64,000 nt of DNA from Lama glama (GCA_028534125.1 CM052817.1:109122001-109186000); one strand, 5' to 3'; shown: positions 1 to 12,905, numbered from the stretch's first letter. Notes: a model not told the origin generated them from the sequence alone. Translations and numbers: made by a program.

Positions 1-3000
1 TAGCTGGCAGAAACAAGTGACAGCATATTAATATATATAATTAATATATATAATATATATTATTATGTTTATGAATCATTATGTTTACATAACATACGTG
101 CAAATTGCATAATTTACTCCAAGATGATAAATGCTACAAAAGACAGCAGGGGAGGATACAGGGTGAGACGAGGGGGTTGGAGGGGGAGGCAGGGCGCAAG
201 GTTAAATGCAGTGACAGCCGGCGGCTTCCTGAGGGAGTTAATGTTTGAGCAAAGACTCCAGGAGGCAAAATGACCCAATCTCTCTGGATCCACTTCACTT
301 CTTTCTGTAGCCCATTCCTCCAATTCTTCCCTTTTCAGAGTAAAAGCTAATTGGAGATATTACACTTTATTAATGATCAGCTCACTCCATTCAGCTGAGC
401 AGGGGAACTTAACAGCGCAGAGAAGTAATAGCCAAAAAATTAATTTCAGGCAGTATTATTGTGATTAATGTCAGTAGACATTTTGAGCTAATAAACGCTT
501 TCTTGGGGTCTCTTGATTCTCAATACTGCTTTTCTTCCAGCTTCCAGGAAAATTTAGGTTTGTTCAGACTTTGTGCTGGTTCAGCCTCCAGAGAGCACGG
601 ACACGTGATGACAGTAATCTCTCAGATTTATTTTTAACATACATCTGCCTCCATCCTTTAAGGGAAGCTCTAAAGCCTTCCTTCCAACGTGACACAATTT
701 CTTCTCTCCTTAGTGTTAAAAATGTCTCTCACCAGCGACCTGAAGTCACAGAGGATGACCACCACACGTAAGAGAGTTTGGGAAGGGAGCTGGTATTCAG
801 GTTACAAAAACAATGTCCACAGCTCAGGCACTCTGACCGCGTAATTCTCCATCCCTCACTTTCCCAACCCATAACTTTCAAGGACTTTTTTTTCTTAAAA
901 GCAAAGTAAAGGATGAATCCAACATACAGATGTAACACTTGTAACAATACTTGAAATCATTTTCTTGAATTCCTTTTGTGCTTAGACCATCCCAATTCAG
1001 TCAGGCACATGAACCAAATCTTCTAGACTCATTCATTATTCAGAACATATTTTTGAGCATCAATTTTGTCTAAATTGTTGTACCACACCAGGAAATTATG
1101 TAATTTCCTGTAATTTAAATTATATTTACATAGGAGGAGAACACAGGCTTCTCCAAGAAACATAGTTTAAAATTTCCCTGAAGAGAAAAAAACGACTTTG
1201 GACATAGGTTTGGTTTTCTTTCCAACACTTTTTCGGTGACAAAAAATACCATATCAAGCCATAAGCAAATCGGAGCACAGTGTATTCAACACTGTTCATC
1301 TACCAAATGGTAACCAATGGAACAGCCATCACCATATATTTGGCTGGTGTGACCGCATTCCATTGTTTCCCATTATTATTATAAAAATCCCTTGGAAAAC
1401 CCCAAACAGACATAGTGTTGCACTTTTCCAGATAGTATGACATACAGTAGTTTGTGTTATCTTCCCCTGTATACTTAATAAATGTGGTTTGGCAGGGGGG
1501 AGGCTAAGCATTAGAGTTCTCTACTTGGCGCATCACTCAGTGATTCGAGGTGGAGGTGCGGGGGGGGGGGGGGAGGACCAGGAAGTAAGTGGAGGAAGAG
1601 GGGGAGGGGACAACACAGCCTTGGCGGCTCTCACTCAGCATCAGAATAATTAACCTAAAGTTGCTCTCAATTTGTGGATTCGCTGATAGGATTCATTCAG
1701 ATAGCCAAAATCAAACAAGTTCTAGCCCTCCTGGGAGCTTTAAAAACAAAGTCCAAACCTTCATCTACAGACAGAACCAGAAATAATCCTATTCTATATA
1801 TCTGTAGCCAGAATAAGTGTTAAAAATTGAGGCGGCAGATGTGGACAATTTTCCCACTGACAATTCATCTCCCACTTGCTCTTAGAAATGGTTACTTGCT
1901 GGAATTGAAACTGATCATTTCTTTACACTAATTACCTTTCCCCAAAAGGACAGTTGGCATTTTTATCAGGGTGGGATTTTCTGGTTTTGTGGTTTCGCCT
2001 TTTGTGTTTTTGATCACTGGTGCCTCACCTGGGTGCCCGGAATGGAGCCTGCACTCAGTGGATGCGTGCAAGTTTTAAAACACATAAACGGATTAATTAA
2101 GTGTATTTCCTCACTAAAAATCAAACACTCAAACATCACTGCCAAAAAAGCACAGTTTGTTTTCAAACTTAGGAATTTTTAAAATTATATCTAGTTTTTA
2201 AAGTAGGTATACAAGCTGTCCGAAATACGTCGGCAGCATTCTTTATAACTCCACACTGGGGAGATATCTTCCTTAGCTGCAAAATGTGAGCGTGCAAAAA
2301 CTGAATTCACGTTCTGACACAGCTCCTGCTACTGTGCGCCCCTCAAGTAAGCTTGGTGCACGGCAAAGGCGCTGGCCGTGAGGTAAAGAAGCTCCCCGGG
2401 GAGGTAGGAAAACCGGTATCCTAGGATCGGAGAGTCTGAATACAAGCATCCTGAAAATGGAGCCTCAGAATAAGGTCTGGTCTCAGGCACACGAGGTCAG
2501 CGCACATCAAACCACCACCCTGACCAGTGACAGCTGCTCCTGCGAAAACTGCGCTCACAGCCCAGGCTGTTTCAGAGACAGGATGCAGATGTCGCCTTGA
2601 CGATAAATCCTAGGACGGTTCGTTTTAGTGAGGTCAGGGCGGCACAGTCGTGGGGTGTGTCCAACCACTATTAAAGTTAAAACCTCCAACTGCAGTCTAA
2701 ACACAGGTAACATACATACACAGTATCAACATATATAAACATATATATTATATATATAATGTGTATATAGTATGAACATATACATAGCATGAACACAGGT
2801 TAACAACTAGAAGTAACATCTAAAGATTAAAAAGGTATATTGCTTTTTTTGGAGTAGCTGGAAGCATTAATGGGCTCTCAGTTTTCAAGATCCCAACTCA
2901 AGGATTCCCCAGAAGTCTGAACCTGGAAGAAGAGACTCCAGTTGGAGGGAGCCGTCGAGGGGAGGACCCTCTTCCAGGTGGTTCAGGTGCGTCTTCCCGG

Positions 3001-3621
3001 GTCCACGTTGTCACTCGTCCCAGCACTGTACACGGTGACAGTGAATGCTCTCCCAAGCGAGCTGCATTTATGCAGAGTATCACTCTTGATACATAACTGC
3101 ACTTGTTTCTGACTGTGTCCAGCTTGTCTTACTAATGAGACAGTCTCATTAGTAAATCGCCCCAGTTCTGGACACACAACCACAAACATCTCCAATGAGG
3201 CCTTTGGAGTCTCTTCATCGGACAAACGACGTCCCTCTGCCCGGGGTGTGAGTCCACCTCTCCGTTAACTCGCCTCCCCAGCACATCAGCCACAGCGCCT
3301 CCAGAAAGAAATACACTGCTCTTAATTTCTGAGGCTCTGATTCTCTTTAGTAGATGTTCTGTTTCTGAATAAAGCCACCTTTAAAGACGTAACAGCCACA
3401 AGCACCTGGACAAGAGCTTGAAAAGCAGCGGAAAACCAAAGCAAAGAGCACGGTGCTAACACACCTGTACGAAGCCCGCTTCCAGGCTACGCTGTCTTTG
3501 GAAAGGAGACAAGTATGTCCTTCTCGTGTGGGGATATCACATAACATCTGTGTCCAAACCTCTGCTCTGATGATTAATAAATGAGTGGTTTGAGGCAGGG
3601 ATTTAAAGTCTTGAAGCCCCA

Positions 3622-3753
3622 AGGAGGGTATAGCTCAGTGGCAGAGCATGTGTTCAGCAATGCACGAGGTCCTGGGTTCAATCCCCAGTACCTCCACTAA
3701 AAAATAAGTAAATCTAATTACCTCCTCCCCAAAACAAACAAAAAGAGGTGGAA
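3622..3753 (+). mobile_element. Vic-1-like tRNA-Ala-derived SINE (camelid)
   Basis: A box (TAGCTCAGTGG), B box (GGTTCAATCCC) and AATTACCTCC tail. Flanked by a 15-bp TSD TAAAGTCTTGAAGCC at 3604-3618 and 3754-3768. Confidence 0.88.
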
Positions 3754-5855
3754 TAAAGTCTTGAAGCCTCAGTTCCCTTACTTAATGAACAAATCTATTT
3801 TCTACAGTGGATGTGAGGACTTGGGGAGTTGGTGACTGTGGGACCACACGGTAAGTGTCAATTTCTACAACCTGCTACATTCAAAACAGAGAGGCCGGGT
3901 GAGCATTCTCATCTAGTTTTCAAATTGAAGTTCAGCATTTTACAAACCTTTATCTGCAGTCTGTGACGCTGACCTTAAACAGCACCACAGATGGCTGCCT
4001 TGCAGACACCTGCTAAAGGAGCCAGTCTTCTCCTGAACCCAATCCAGTAAGTGTCTTTGAGTATATGAGATCAGGGGTCTGACAGCAGCGTTCTGAATCC
4101 TTTTCTTACAACTACGTATGCACTCTGACCCTTCCAAAAAGAGATGCTGTAATTTATTGCCATATCATCTGCCTTTGTTCATGTAAGAAATGCCCATTTC
4201 AATGGGGTTTCTAGTTTATTACATAGTAGTTGAAGATGTCACCGTTCTGACATAACAAATCCTGGCTACAGAAAAAAAAAATTTGTGTGGTGAATATATC
4301 TGTGCTCTATTCTCCAGAAACTAAAATGTGAAAGATAATTCACCTATACATACATGAATACGCAGAGGGGACTTTCTGCTGGTTGCAGAAGCTGCAGTTA
4401 AGGGAGACAAGACAGGCGTTAATCACCCAATAAAATAAATAGTTATCAACGCATGCATGTACTGTGAGGAAACAGCATAGTTCTGGAGGCGACAGAAGCC
4501 TTCCGTTAAGAAGTAAGACCTGTCCTGCCAGCTCAAAGCTGAGAAGTGTTTCCACCGGAGGAAGGGTGGGGAGCATGGGGGAGAGGCCCTTCTGAGCACA
4601 GGTGTCACCCCCACGGGGAAGCTCAGCCTGGCCCAGGACCTGAAAGCCTGCCCACGAGGCTGGGTGCTGGGCGCCGGTGGGGGTGTGGACGAAAGCTTCC
4701 TGTGTCTGGCTGATCTGAAGACTGACCACAAAGAATTTCAACAAAGGAACAATTTACTATTTCGCAATCCAACACTCAGTGGCAAGTCGGTCAGAGTGCT
4801 CAGTACAACCAAGGACACGGTAACAAAAAGGAAGGATAAATCCATGGGAACGTTTATGTGTCCCCTGGAGAAGACACCGCTAACCTCATAGCTCTTGATA
4901 TAGAAAAGATGCCCCACTTGCTGGACATAAACAAAGACACGTTCCCCCCACTGTTTCCTGGTTAATGAGCCGAGAGGCAGAGCAGCGAATAGAAAAGCTG
5001 CAAGTCCTCACTCAGGTGCTGGCTGTCAGCCTCCCAGCCGGGCGGGGCTATAGATTTGCCTAACACGCTTTCCCAGTGATGTCTGCATGGTCTCGACTGC
5101 TAACTGGCTTTCCAACACACAGGAGAGAAAGATGTACTTGAGTTTCCCATCCTGGAGAGAAGTGACAGGGTCAGAAGGACACTGTCCGCTGTGAGCAGGA
5201 CCAGAGAACGGTCGGCGTTCGCCCTAAGGGGGTCTGGGAGTGAGGGAGGGAGAAAGGATTTTCTGATTCCGCCCCCCCATCCCTGGTGCCCATTTTAACC
5301 AACAAAGCTTCTTTGACACCTGATTACATAATATGCTTCTATGATCTTTCTCTTTTTTTAAACTCTCAAAAGATGACAGAATTCAGTTAAAACAAAGACC
5401 AGGCTTGGCTTCTGGGTGATATTTCGATCATCAAAACAAGCCCTGAGACAAGGCTGCGAGCTGGCTCCCCACCTCAGCCACTGCTCATCACACAGCTGCA
5501 TTCTGTGTCCTATGTTCTGCGCACAGAGCGCCCCGCGGGTCACGGGAAGGGGTCTGCCCTGGACACCAAGCCCCACCTGCACAGGTGACGTCAACCCTCA
5601 GTGAGCTTGTCAGCCCACACACTGTGCCTCCCGTCCTTCACGCTAACTGGCAGGTCTTCCTAGAGAAAAAGGTCCTGATCCTCACAATTATCTCATTTAC
5701 CGACTTTTTAAACCTGTATCTTCATTTATTTGTTTTCTGAGGAAGTTTCTGGGAATGAAAATTAATACGGTTTCACTTTTGTATGTAAACTACATTGGCT
5801 CCTATTTCTTTCTCAAAAGTAGCAGCAACTCTGGCATCAGAAGAACAGGGTTGGA

Positions 5856-5954
5856 TCACAAAAAGAATACACATGCATAACTGAATCACTTGGTTGTACA
5901 CCTGAAACCAATGTAACACTGTAAATCAACTACATCTCAATTTAAAAAGAAATA
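5856..5954 (+). mobile_element. 5'-truncated L1 3' end
   Basis: ACTGAATCACTTGGTTGTACACCTGAAAC...GTAAATCAACTA and an A-rich tail. Degenerate TSD at 5841-5855 / 5955-5969. Confidence 0.75.
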
Positions 5955-6079
5955 AAGAGCAGAATTGGAGGTCTGATTCAACTTCCTGATATAATTCCTT
6001 AGAACAGTCCTTTAGCCTCTCGGGAACACAACTTCATCATTAAAGGAAAAAAAAGCATTGAGCTCCCTTATATATGAAA

Positions 6080-6433
6080 ACTGAAAAGGAAAAACTCAGA
6101 ACCACAGGAAGTGGCGGGTACCAGGGGCTGGGAGTATGTTGCTCGGAGGGTACATATCACCAGCTACAAGACTAACAAGTTTGGGGACCAATGTTCTGCA
6201 CGGCAATTATAGAGAACACTGGACCACATACTTAAACGTGGCTAGGAGAGCAGGTCTTCAGTGTTCTCACCACACACACATAAATTGTAACTGTGTGACG
6301 GGACGGAGGTGGTAGCTGATAATGTAATGGTACTCAGCTTGCAATGTACGAAAGTATCTCATCCACACATCAGACACCTTAAATTCACACAACGTCATGT
6401 GCCAATTCTAACTCAACAAAGCTGGGACAAAAC
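6080..6433 (+). mobile_element. Older L1 3' UTR fragment (L1MA-like)
   Basis: Typical L1MA 3' UTR motifs (GTTCTCACCACACAC...TAACTGTGTGA...CACCTTAAATT...TGCCAATT...CAACAAAGCTGG). Subfamily not certain. Confidence 0.7.
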
Positions 6434-6735
6434 GAGCTGGAAAGGCCTGTCCTGTTGCACGTGGTTGCTGTGGCACTCGTGAAATTTCAGAGAGGAAGGG
6501 ACTTTGGAAATTTTAGACAGCTTTTAAAATAAAAAGTGCTGTTAATATTTTAAAACCTACTTGAGCAAGAATACAGGAAGGCATAGAAATGTAATGATAT
6601 ATATATGATACATATGTGACAATATAGCTTCATGAATATAAATATGAAAATTTGATTAAAACATGGCAAAATGTGGAACATAATTTGGTCTTAAGTTGTT
6701 TTGATAAAATGAATATTAAGAGCATGTGGGAGCAC

Positions 6736-6867
6736 GGGGGAGGGTATAGCTTAGTGGCAGAGTACATGCCTAGCATGCAGGAGGTCCTGGGTTCAATCCC
6801 TAGTACCTCCACTAAGAAAATAAATAAAACCCTAATTACCTACCCCTCAAAAAAAGAACTTAAAAAA
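6736..6867 (+). mobile_element. Vic-1-like SINE
   Basis: Same head and tail as the 3622 copy. 17-bp TSD AAGAGCAT(G/A)TGGGAGCA at 6718-6734 and 6868-6884. Confidence 0.9.
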
Positions 6868-6884
6868 AAGAGCATATGGGAGCA

Positions 6885-7130
6885 ACATAAATGTCCATCT
6901 ACATGACTGGATAAAGAAGTGGTGATGTGTGTGTGTGTGTGTGTTTTCCACACAATGGAATACTACTCAGTCATGAAAAAGAATAAAATTCTGCCATTTG
7001 CCACAACATAGATGGACCAGGAGGGTATTAAGCTTAGTGAAATATGTCTGATAGAGAAAGACAAATACTGTATGTTATCACATATATATGGGATCTGAAA
7101 AAAATCAAACTAATGAATTTTTTTTTTAAA
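6885..7130 (+). mobile_element. L1 fragment (ORF2 3' end)
   Basis: AAATGTCCATC...GGATAAAGAAG...CAATGGAATACTACTCAG...GCCATTTGC...AGAGAAAGACAAATACTGTATG, diagnostic of the L1 ORF2 C-terminal region. Confidence 0.85.
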
Positions 7131-7507
7131 AAAAGCATATGCTGCACCTTCGAATAACAAATAGGGATGGGTAAGGGGGGAGGCAATGAGGGCACACTTA
7201 GATGGGTGTAGCACCCAGACTTCCAAGGGCGACTATCATGTAAAGGAGCCTTTCCTATCTTTCAGGGGAGCTGGCAAAGGGAAAAGCTGAGAAACTTTGA
7301 TTCTGGAGTAAAATTAGTAACAGCTACCGTTTATGAAGCAGTTCTCTTTCACAACCTGAGTGAAGCACTTTACATCATCATCCACCATCTCACAATCCTG
7401 GGGAGGTCACATAGCTAGCTTATATTACAGCCAAGCGTTTGATGAATACTGGAGTAAGAACCTCTTTTATAGGTTCCTCGTTATAGGAACCGTAATGATT
7501 AATTCAT

Positions 7508-7565
7508 TTTTTTAATTGAAGTATAGTCCGTTTACAACATTGTGTCAATTTCTGGAGTACGGCAT
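7508..7565 (-). mobile_element. Very short (58 bp) L1 3'-end insertion
   Basis: TTTTTTAATTGAAGTATAGTCCGTTTACAACATTGTGTC, flanked by a perfect 13-bp TSD ATGATTAATTCAT (7495-7507, 7566-7578). Confidence 0.85.
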
Positions 7566-8167
7566 ATGATTAATTCATGATAAACAAATTCAACCAGATG
7601 CGTTACTTTCAAAACTGGAAAATAAGAGTATACTGCCCAACAGCCCAATGTTCCCATGTGTAAGTTACAGGCAGAAAAACCCAGCCATAGTGAGAGTAGA
7701 AATAGCCCGACATCTCTGGACTTTATCTGAAAGCGAGTATTATTATTACACGCTTTCCTATCCTCTGTGCCTGAACACTGGACTATGCTCATTAAAAACA
7801 AGCTTAATGAGAGAATGAAAGAATGTTTAGGTCAATGAGTGAAAAAGGTTGCTGCCCTGCTAGAGGAAGTCAGATAAAACCATGCTGAACAATTACGCCT
7901 TCTCTGCACAGGGGAGATTACGGACAGCCTCCTCGAGGAACTTACTCCAGTATTTACCAACTAACAGTGTCATTAGTTCATCTTCAAATCTCATACGAAG
8001 ATTTTGATCCAAATTCTTCTCTCAGTTCTCTCTGTAAAGCAGAGAAGAGCTAACCTGTACGCCATGTCGCGCTCTGGAGTCTGGACTCTTCTTTTTATTT
8101 CATCCCTTGTCCTGCTCAACTCTAGGCAAGAGAGTTTTCAGGAAGGTGTTTTTTGTTTCTAATAGAC

Positions 8168-8382
8168 TCTTTTTAACTGAAATACAGTCAACTTACCATG
8201 TTGTGTTAGTTTCCGGTATACAGCATAGGAATTCATTTATACGTGTATACATACATACATATATTCCTTTTCACACTCTTTCCCATTAGGGTTTACCCCA
8301 AGGTACTGAATATAGTTCCCTGTGCTGCACAGCAGGACCTCGCTGTTTATCTATTTCATATATAACAGGTAGTATCTGCAGT
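8168..8382 (-). mobile_element. 5'-truncated L1 3' end
   Basis: Reverse complement of the 3' UTR family seen at 10267 and 15847 (ATATAGTTCCCTGTGCTG...TTTATCTATTT). Confidence 0.8.
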
Positions 8383-8759
8383 AAGATTTTTAATCATCTT
8401 AGATTTTTTTCATTTTTTGAATCCATCTTAATGTCCTAGTGAAGTTAGAAAATCTAAAATTGAGCCCAGTAATTTGATGTGAAGTTGCTTTAGTCAGGGC
8501 CACCGGGTAAGGAGGTGATTAAACCAAGTATTTGGGAGCTTTCTGAATATGTATATCCTGACCTCATTTTTTTTTCCTGAAATGGTTGCTGTTTATCCTC
8601 ACTTAGGACCCAGGACATCAAGAAAGGGCCATGTGAAAACAGAAAGGAAACCAACAAGACAGGATCTGAAGTCGATTCAGAGGGCTCTCTGGCTTTTTGA
8701 TATGTGTTTATGGCCACAATCAGATCAGAGGGACAGAGGACAGCCCAGGCGTCAGAAGA

Positions 8760-8918
8760 TCCCACCCACCACCTCTTTTTGCTATTTGGGAGCTAAGAAT
8801 GGCTTTTGCATTTTTGACATTTGACTGCTGTACAGGTACGTGTACAATCCACGATACTGAATCCTGGCCTGCAGCACCAAAAATACTTACTCTCTGACCC
8901 TTTAAAGGAAACTGTCCC
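8760..8918. mobile_element. MER58-like hAT MITE remnant
   Basis: GAGCTAAGAATGGCTTTTGCATTTTT...TGGCCTGCAGCACCAAAAATACTTACTCTCTGACCCTTTA resembles MER58. Recognised from memory only. Confidence 0.55.
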
Positions 8919-10266
8919 TCTTGACAATTTTTTTTCTTAAAAAGAGGAATTTAAAGCTCTTGGGAAATGGTTATATTATTGGTAGGAGGGAAAGTGGGTA
9001 CGGAGTTTACAGTGAAGCATTTCTGGCTCTAACCAGCCAGAATCTTTCATCTGGAATCTGTTACTTAGGACTGTCTTTGTCACTAAATGTGTGGCTTCCT
9101 TTCTCATGAACCATGGATGGCCGTTTCCTCCCAAACCAAAACAGCAGTATACGATATTTTATAAACAGCAACAATTCAGACAGTTTCTCACAGAGCAAAA
9201 AGGAAGATAACAGGAGTTTGGTATGTACTGAGACAAAAAAATGTTTTTCATATATTCAGTTTTCATAAAAAGGCAGAACTGAGAGTATCTTGGAGCAGTG
9301 TTCACCGTGCTCCACCTCGGAGGAGATGGGGAGGTCGGAGGAGGGGTCAAGATCTCCCCAGGAACACTTTAACATGAGACCCTTCCAACTTCTCCCCCCT
9401 GCCCCCAGGCACTGAGACTCTGCCATACTAAGCAAATGCTCTTCCAGGGAACACACAGCCATCCCTCTGGGACGCTGACCGGGGAAAACCAAGGAGCTGT
9501 TGTAACACCCTCAGTGCAGAAAGCTGAGCATCTCTCCTCCAGATGATAAACTGGGTCCAAGACAAGATGGGCTCCAGCAAGACGGATGCTTAGACAAAAA
9601 CGAATCAGACCAACACCTGGACTGCAAACCCTGCTATAACTAATAGCATTTCCCTTGCAGGAGCACGTAATCCCCGTGGTAATTCTGTAGGAAAAAGATT
9701 CATGTGATTTGCTTCATTTTACCGGAAAAAAAAGTGTGTTGTATGATTTAAATTATTAGCACCTAAATGAATTAAGAACATCGCCTGAGGCTACTTAAAG
9801 ATATATTCATGAATTAGAAGATGTTGATATTTAATTAAAAATTAATAAATTATTTTAAAGTAAAATGCAACAGTATCCTTAGTGTGGTTTGGTAAAGTTC
9901 TCACCTCAGAGGAATTTGTAAAATTTTTAGATATTTTGACCTTCTGTGTGGAATAGCTGGCCAATCTAAATAAATCATTTGATAATTCAACTTTTTACAT
10001 TTCTGAAACATTTCTCTATGATGTATCACTTTTTACCTGACAACGATCTAAACTCATAATGGGTAAGACACACGTTCTAAATACGAGTAATATACATAAG
10101 ACCGTTTAATCATAACAGCCATCTTTTATTGTGCTCTCAAAACTCATATTCACTGTCATCGCTTATCCACCAGGAAATCTGGGAATTTCTATCTTACCAA
10201 TGAGAAAATATTATGTGGGAGATATATATGATGCTTTCATAAATTCACAAAGAAAGTGGTTTAAAA

Positions 10267-10570
10267 GTGAACTCATCTATAAAACAGAAACAGACTCACA
10301 GATATAGTAAACAATCTTAGGTACCAGTGGGAAAGACGATGGGAAGGGATAACCTGGGAGTTTGAGATTTGCATATATTAACTACTGTATAGAAAACAGA
10401 TAAACAACAAGTGTCTTCTGTACAGCACAGGGAACTATATTCAATATAATCCGTAATGAAAAAGACTATGAAACGTACATATATGTATGTACATGTATGA
10501 CTGAGACATTATGCTGTATACCAGAAACCGACATTGTAACTGACTACACTTCAATAAAAAAAGATAAACA
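10267..10570 (+). mobile_element. 5'-truncated L1 3' end
   Basis: AAAACAGAAACAGACTCACAGA...TACAGCACAGGGAACTATATTCAAT...ACTTCAATAAAAA. Perfect 14-bp TSD AAAGTGGTTTAAAA (10253-10266, 10571-10584). Confidence 0.88.
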
Positions 10571-11927
10571 AAAGTGGTTTAAAATCTTGCTCTTGATGCC
10601 TGCTTTCTCTGTGACTCTGTCTACCAAACAAAATAAAAACTGTAATAATAAAGTTAATTAATAAACAAAAAATTCCAATTCCAAAGTAAGCTTTAGTGCC
10701 TAGGTTTTCACTTCACTGAACTGCATAAATGCCCAATCTCCACTTCTCTTAAGAATATGCAGATGTGCCCCTGGGGGTAAAGTAAACGTCTTATGGAACA
10801 AGAAACAGTGCTCAATAACACAGACTCAAAGGAAGGAAAAGCTGCATTCCACTGCTTAATATTTAACCCTGGTCATTTCCATGGAAACAGATTTGTGTAA
10901 GAAATCACTGTCATGTAACTGCTTAATAAAGCCTTCTAGAATTGACTGCTAATAATTGTAGTCTATTTAGGAAAAACAGTATGAAATCATCACCTACTTG
11001 ATATAAGAAAATGAAATCAGTGAGTACAGGAAATGAGAGTAAATAACAACGTGGTCTCTGCCCCGCCAGGTAACCAGTCCCTCTGCCTCTCTTGAAGGTG
11101 GCAGTTACACTGCCCCAATATGAAAATCCACACGGTACAAGGTTTTGGTGTAGCTACTTCGCTGCGGTCATCTAAACAAGTTACACGCAAATTTCACTAG
11201 AGTGGGAGAGAAAAAAAGAGATTTAAACTATGAGATTTCAACTTTGTTAAACCTCTAACTTTGCAAGATTGAGATGCTCAGTGTGTTCGCAGGGAGAGTG
11301 GCCCATCCCTGCAGCACGTTCAGACTCTCAGGTGGGTGGGCTTTTCTGCGCACACCCAGAGCACGCGGCTCACAGCTCTGGACTGAAACCAGGAAGCCCT
11401 CCCACAAGTGGCAGGCTTCACCACAACAGAAACAAAAAAGGAGGGGGCATTTTATTCAAATGAATAAATGCACTCAACCAACAGTCTCGGGCAAAGTGGG
11501 TTTCAGCATCCCCAAAGGGCCGCACGGTGTTTGCTGATGTGGGCAAGGTGTGTAAACGACAAACGAGCTGGTTTCCAAGGCCTCTGGAAGCCCGAGCACG
11601 GCCGAGGCCTCTTGGTCCCCCGGCCCCTCCGCGTGGGAGCCGCCGGCCCCCGGGCCCGGGAGCGGCGAGCGGGCGGCGCGTTCCCACGCCCGGGCCGGGT
11701 CTGGAGGCCGCGGTGACCCCGGGCCCCCACCCCCGCCTCCACCCTCGCCGCCCCGCCCGCCGCCCCTCCTCCGGGTCCGCTCCGGGGCGTGGGAGCGCGG
11801 CTGCGGCGGGAGCGGCGGGCGGAGCAGCGCCGAGGATGCGCGCCCGCCACCGGGCAGGAAGCGGAGGATGCGGCAAGGCGCAGGGGCTGTCGCGGGCCGG
11901 GCGAGGCCGGGGCAGCCGGTCACTTAC

Positions 11928-12001
11928 TTGATGTCCTCCCACACCTCCGGGCCGTAATTGCGGATCACCAGCAGCTCCAGCGCGTGATTCACGAATCCGT
12001 A
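11928..12001 (-). CDS. GUCY1B1: GUCY1B1 coding exon 2 (74 nt), start of the H-NOX heme domain: [25 protein letters not shown]
   Basis: The peptide matches the sGC beta-1 N-terminus. It is bounded by acceptor ccgcag| (AG at 12003-12002) and donor AA|gtaagt (GT at 12927-type consensus, positions 11927-11926). I did not see the next exon (KEAQLDEEGQFLVRII...) in 1-11927, so it lies beyond the window. Confidence 0.97.
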
Positions 12002-12470
12002 CTGCGGGGGCAGGAAACCGGGTGTCAGGGGCCAGCTGCGGGTGGGAAGGGGCGGGGGCCCTGCGCTGGACCCCGGGGCCCGCGCCCTGCTTGCGCTCCG
12101 TTCCGGCGGGCGGGCGGGTCCTCGGTGGTAAGGCCGGCAGCCCAGGGGCGCCACCCCTGCCCCAGTCAGGGGCAGACCCTCCCGGTCTCTTCCGCCCCAC
12201 CCCAGGACCCGCTCACCTGTCACCGCGCGGAGGCCGGCCGGGCATCCGGAAAGCTTGGCGGAGGGGACCGAACCCGACGCCTCCCCTGCCGCTCGGCCGC
12301 CCTGAACCGGGAGCCCCGCGCCTCGGCCGCACGTCCCCTCCCCAGCTCCGGAAGCAAAGGCACCGGCCGCCCCCGCCGCGACCCCCGACGTCCCCGTCTC
12401 CCCACTCCGGATGCAGGCCGACGGCGGGAAGGCCCGGAGAGCGTCTCCGGACCCAGCCGGGAGCACTCAC

Positions 12471-12473
12471 CAT
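12471..12473 (-). CDS. GUCY1B1: GUCY1B1 (soluble guanylyl cyclase beta-1) coding exon 1: start codon only
   Basis: The minus strand reads GGACACC-ATG|gtgagt: A at -3 and a strong GT donor at 12470-12469. It splices in frame to TAC GGA TTC (YGF) of the next exon across a 469-nt GT-AG intron, giving the known N-terminus [10 protein letters not shown]. Confidence 0.93.
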
Positions 12474-12905
12474 GGTGTCCGCCCCCGGGCCGGGGACGCC
12501 GCCCCGCGCCGAGGCTCGGCGGAGGGACCAGGCGGCGGCTGCGGCGGCGACCGCGCAACGAGCCCGCGGCGCAGCGTCGAGCGGCCCCGGCGCCCAGCCC
12601 CGCGCGCCCTGATTGCCAGCGACGCGCAGCGAACCGCTGGGCGAGCCGCAGGCCTGGCCGCCGCCCCCCGGGCTTCCACCAATCGGCGCAGCGGAGCGAA
12701 TTCGGATGCGCGCGGGGCCCGCGCTCGGGCCTTCCCACCCCCGCCCCGGTGACCGACCCGGCTGGCGCTGGAGGCCGCGACAGGGACCGCGGAGGAGCCA
12801 CCGCGGAGCGCCCCGCACGGCCCGGGGCAAGGAGAAGGCAGTGCTGGGGACCCACCAATGTGCTCTTAAACAGAGGGTGCCCTTGGGTAGCGAAACCAGG
12901 GAGGG

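Larger units (their letters stand above)
11560..12860 (-). promoter_or_regulatory. GUCY1B1: CpG island / TATA-less promoter of GUCY1B1
   Basis: Very GC- and CpG-dense stretch spanning exons 1-2, with multiple GC boxes and CCAAT at 12679-12683 and 12855-12859. Boundaries are approximate. Confidence 0.88.

Noticed and set aside
3622..6867. tRNA-Ala(AGC)-like sequences (also at 32200, 36645, 51885)
   Set aside because: They have SINE tails, several have TSDs, and the stems are diverged. They are SINEs, not tRNA genes.
8899..8908. CArG-like CCTTTAAAGG (also CCTTAAATGG at 63698-63707)
   Set aside because: Expected by chance at this length; the first lies in a MITE remnant.
11924..12466. 180-aa ORF that appears to extend GUCY1B1 N-terminally through intron 1
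   Set aside because: It starts at a non-ATG codon inside the intron and is out of frame with the real ATG. Only its last 25 residues are the true exon.
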